64,000 bases of DNA from Heteronotia binoei (lineage: Eukaryota). The translations under genes and the position numbers were made by a program. Positions 62,266-64,000 of this stretch are shown in pieces (the first letter of the stretch is position 1; each line of letters starts with the position of its first letter). The DNA is taken from the NCBI RefSeq assembly GCF_032191835.1, contig NC_083225.1:154814001-154878000 (forward strand), in the 5' to 3' direction. The notes under the pieces were generated by a model, which was given only the letters and a program-made list of their open reading frames with translations, did not search any database and had not been told where the DNA came from.

Positions 62266-64000
62266 AAATGTATTGGTCTTTTAAGTTTCTACCGCTCTTG
62301 CTTTTTTCTGTTAGTACACAGGCAAATTGTTTATGAAACCACACTGTACCAATTAATCTGTTAAACCAACCTTGAAAAGCAGAGAACTGAAATAAAATGA
62401 ATATTAAAAAGATACAAAATAGTGATGCATTAAGACTGGAAGCTCACTTTGGAACATCAAATTATTGGTCCTGTCCAGTACCATTCACCTTTGTTCACGT
62501 GACCATAGTTTGAAGGGGGGGAAACAAATCCCTTCCCTTTTCCAACTCATTCATTTTTGCTCCCTTCAGCTGTCAACATGCATTCTCCAGGAACTCTGCC
62601 AGAGGCCTCAGGTGGCACTTCTCTCTGTGCCCACGTTGATTGGCCAGAAAAGCCCAAGCTGCCTTTGCCACAATGGAGACGGATGATCCAGAAATAACAA
62701 AACACTGAGCTATTTAAATGAACAACTTTCACCCTTTCTCTCTCCTGAATTATGCATTTGTTTCACTGCACACGCATGACATCATATACCAAAATAAAAT
62801 AAACATGCTCATGGTTTACATTTATATTAACCAACATTTTTGGAGAACTGGGTCCCCACCCCATCCCCCCCAACATCCTGTGTAGTGTGAAGTATGGGTG
62901 GCCTGTAATGCCTCGCTTTGCTCTTCTAAACTCTAAATATAACTCTAAGGTAGGAGTCCCCAATCTTGATGAACCTGTGGGAACTTTCAGAATTTTTAAA
63001 ACAGGCAGTGAATGCCACTACAAAATGGCTGTCATGGGAATATGCAGACAGACACAAAATGGCAGCTAAGGGGGCAGAGGACAATCACAAAGCATTGGGA
63101 GGTTCATAGTGATGTGTCTCAGTATTACTGATGGAGCTGTTTCTCAATGGGTGCTTCCTGAAGGCACAAAGTTGTGCTGTCTGGGTTCTTTTGAAGCATA
63201 TTTCACTCCAATAAGATGGAAGAAAGATAGGAGAATGAAGTTGGTGTCAGGAAACGAGTTGAAGAGCATGATGTTGAAAATCATTGTCTAAAGAGTTCTC
63301 ATTTTCAAATGAGCTACATTCTTTCATTAAAAAAGACAAAAATATTTAGGTATGAAGAACTTACTTGAGTTGCTTTCCAATCTACTTCGGCTCATGTATT
63401 CCAGAATCTTCATTCAGAACTTTGGACTACTTCATATTAGGCATTTTTACAGGAGACTGAGAGTACAGACCACTTGGAGGGGGCAGAAAGGTCCAGGGAG
63501 GAAGGGCCACTGCAGGCAGAGCCGAGGGTATTTTTCTTCCCACAGTTGTGAAAATTGAACACTTCTATTTCTACTTCTGGCAGACCTACAATAACCCTCT
63601 ACCAATAGCAGCTTTTCAATGTATACAATGTATTCAATGTGAAATGGTCACACATATGCCATTATCACACTGGATGCTCTATAGGTGGTTTCTGCTTTTC
63701 TGTACACAGAGGTGCATTATATAACAGAAACCTGTAATTATAAGGGTCCTCACAGAATGAGAGATGGATCCAAAGCATTAGTACTTCCTAAGCTATGCTT
63801 GTGTAACACATATTCCCACCAACTCCTTCTTGCTGCAGCCTACTATATCCCAGAAAACCTGCTTAGTTAGTAAAATCCTTAAAATAATGTAGGGTGCGCC
63901 ATCAACCAGAAGAAGGAATTAGTAGACATCCAGTGTTAGCTAAAGTGAGCCATAGAATCTAACCCTGAGCCTGGACATTATTGTCAAAGTATGTAGATTT

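Noticed and set aside
1-64000. CRISPR-like arrays or prokaryotic/viral defence systems
   Set aside because: No regularly spaced direct-repeat/spacer structure; the window is vertebrate genomic DNA.

Overview
This 64-kb window is vertebrate genomic DNA from a squamate reptile, most likely a gecko, judging by the SINE and MITE families present. It is a draft assembly with two N-gaps. The only host gene I can support is IGSF11 (BT-IgSF/VSIG3) on the minus strand. Six coding exons (2-7, 27092-44199) splice in frame with canonical AG/GT sites and encode an IgV domain, an IgC2 domain, a TM helix and a cytoplasmic tail ending in the PDZ-binding motif GSLV. The signal-peptide exon could not be located; a CpG island at about 57.9-59.0 kb is the likely promoter. 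The rest is intronic or intergenic and dense in mobile DNA: a decayed, internally deleted Ty3/Gypsy provirus with both LTRs, PBS, PPT and TSD (3552-7675); a 5'-truncated RTE LINE; CR1 and L2 fragments; four SINE types; and many hAT and Harbinger MITEs with TSDs. The most notable item is a young Penelope-like insertion in IGSF11 intron 5. It forms a ~344-bp-arm hairpin and carries an intact minimal hammerhead ribozyme motif on the IGSF11 sense strand. I found no CRISPR array, rRNA or tRNA gene, and no clearly new biological system. All alignments were made by eye; repeat family names come from recalled consensus sequences and boundaries of old repeats are approximate.
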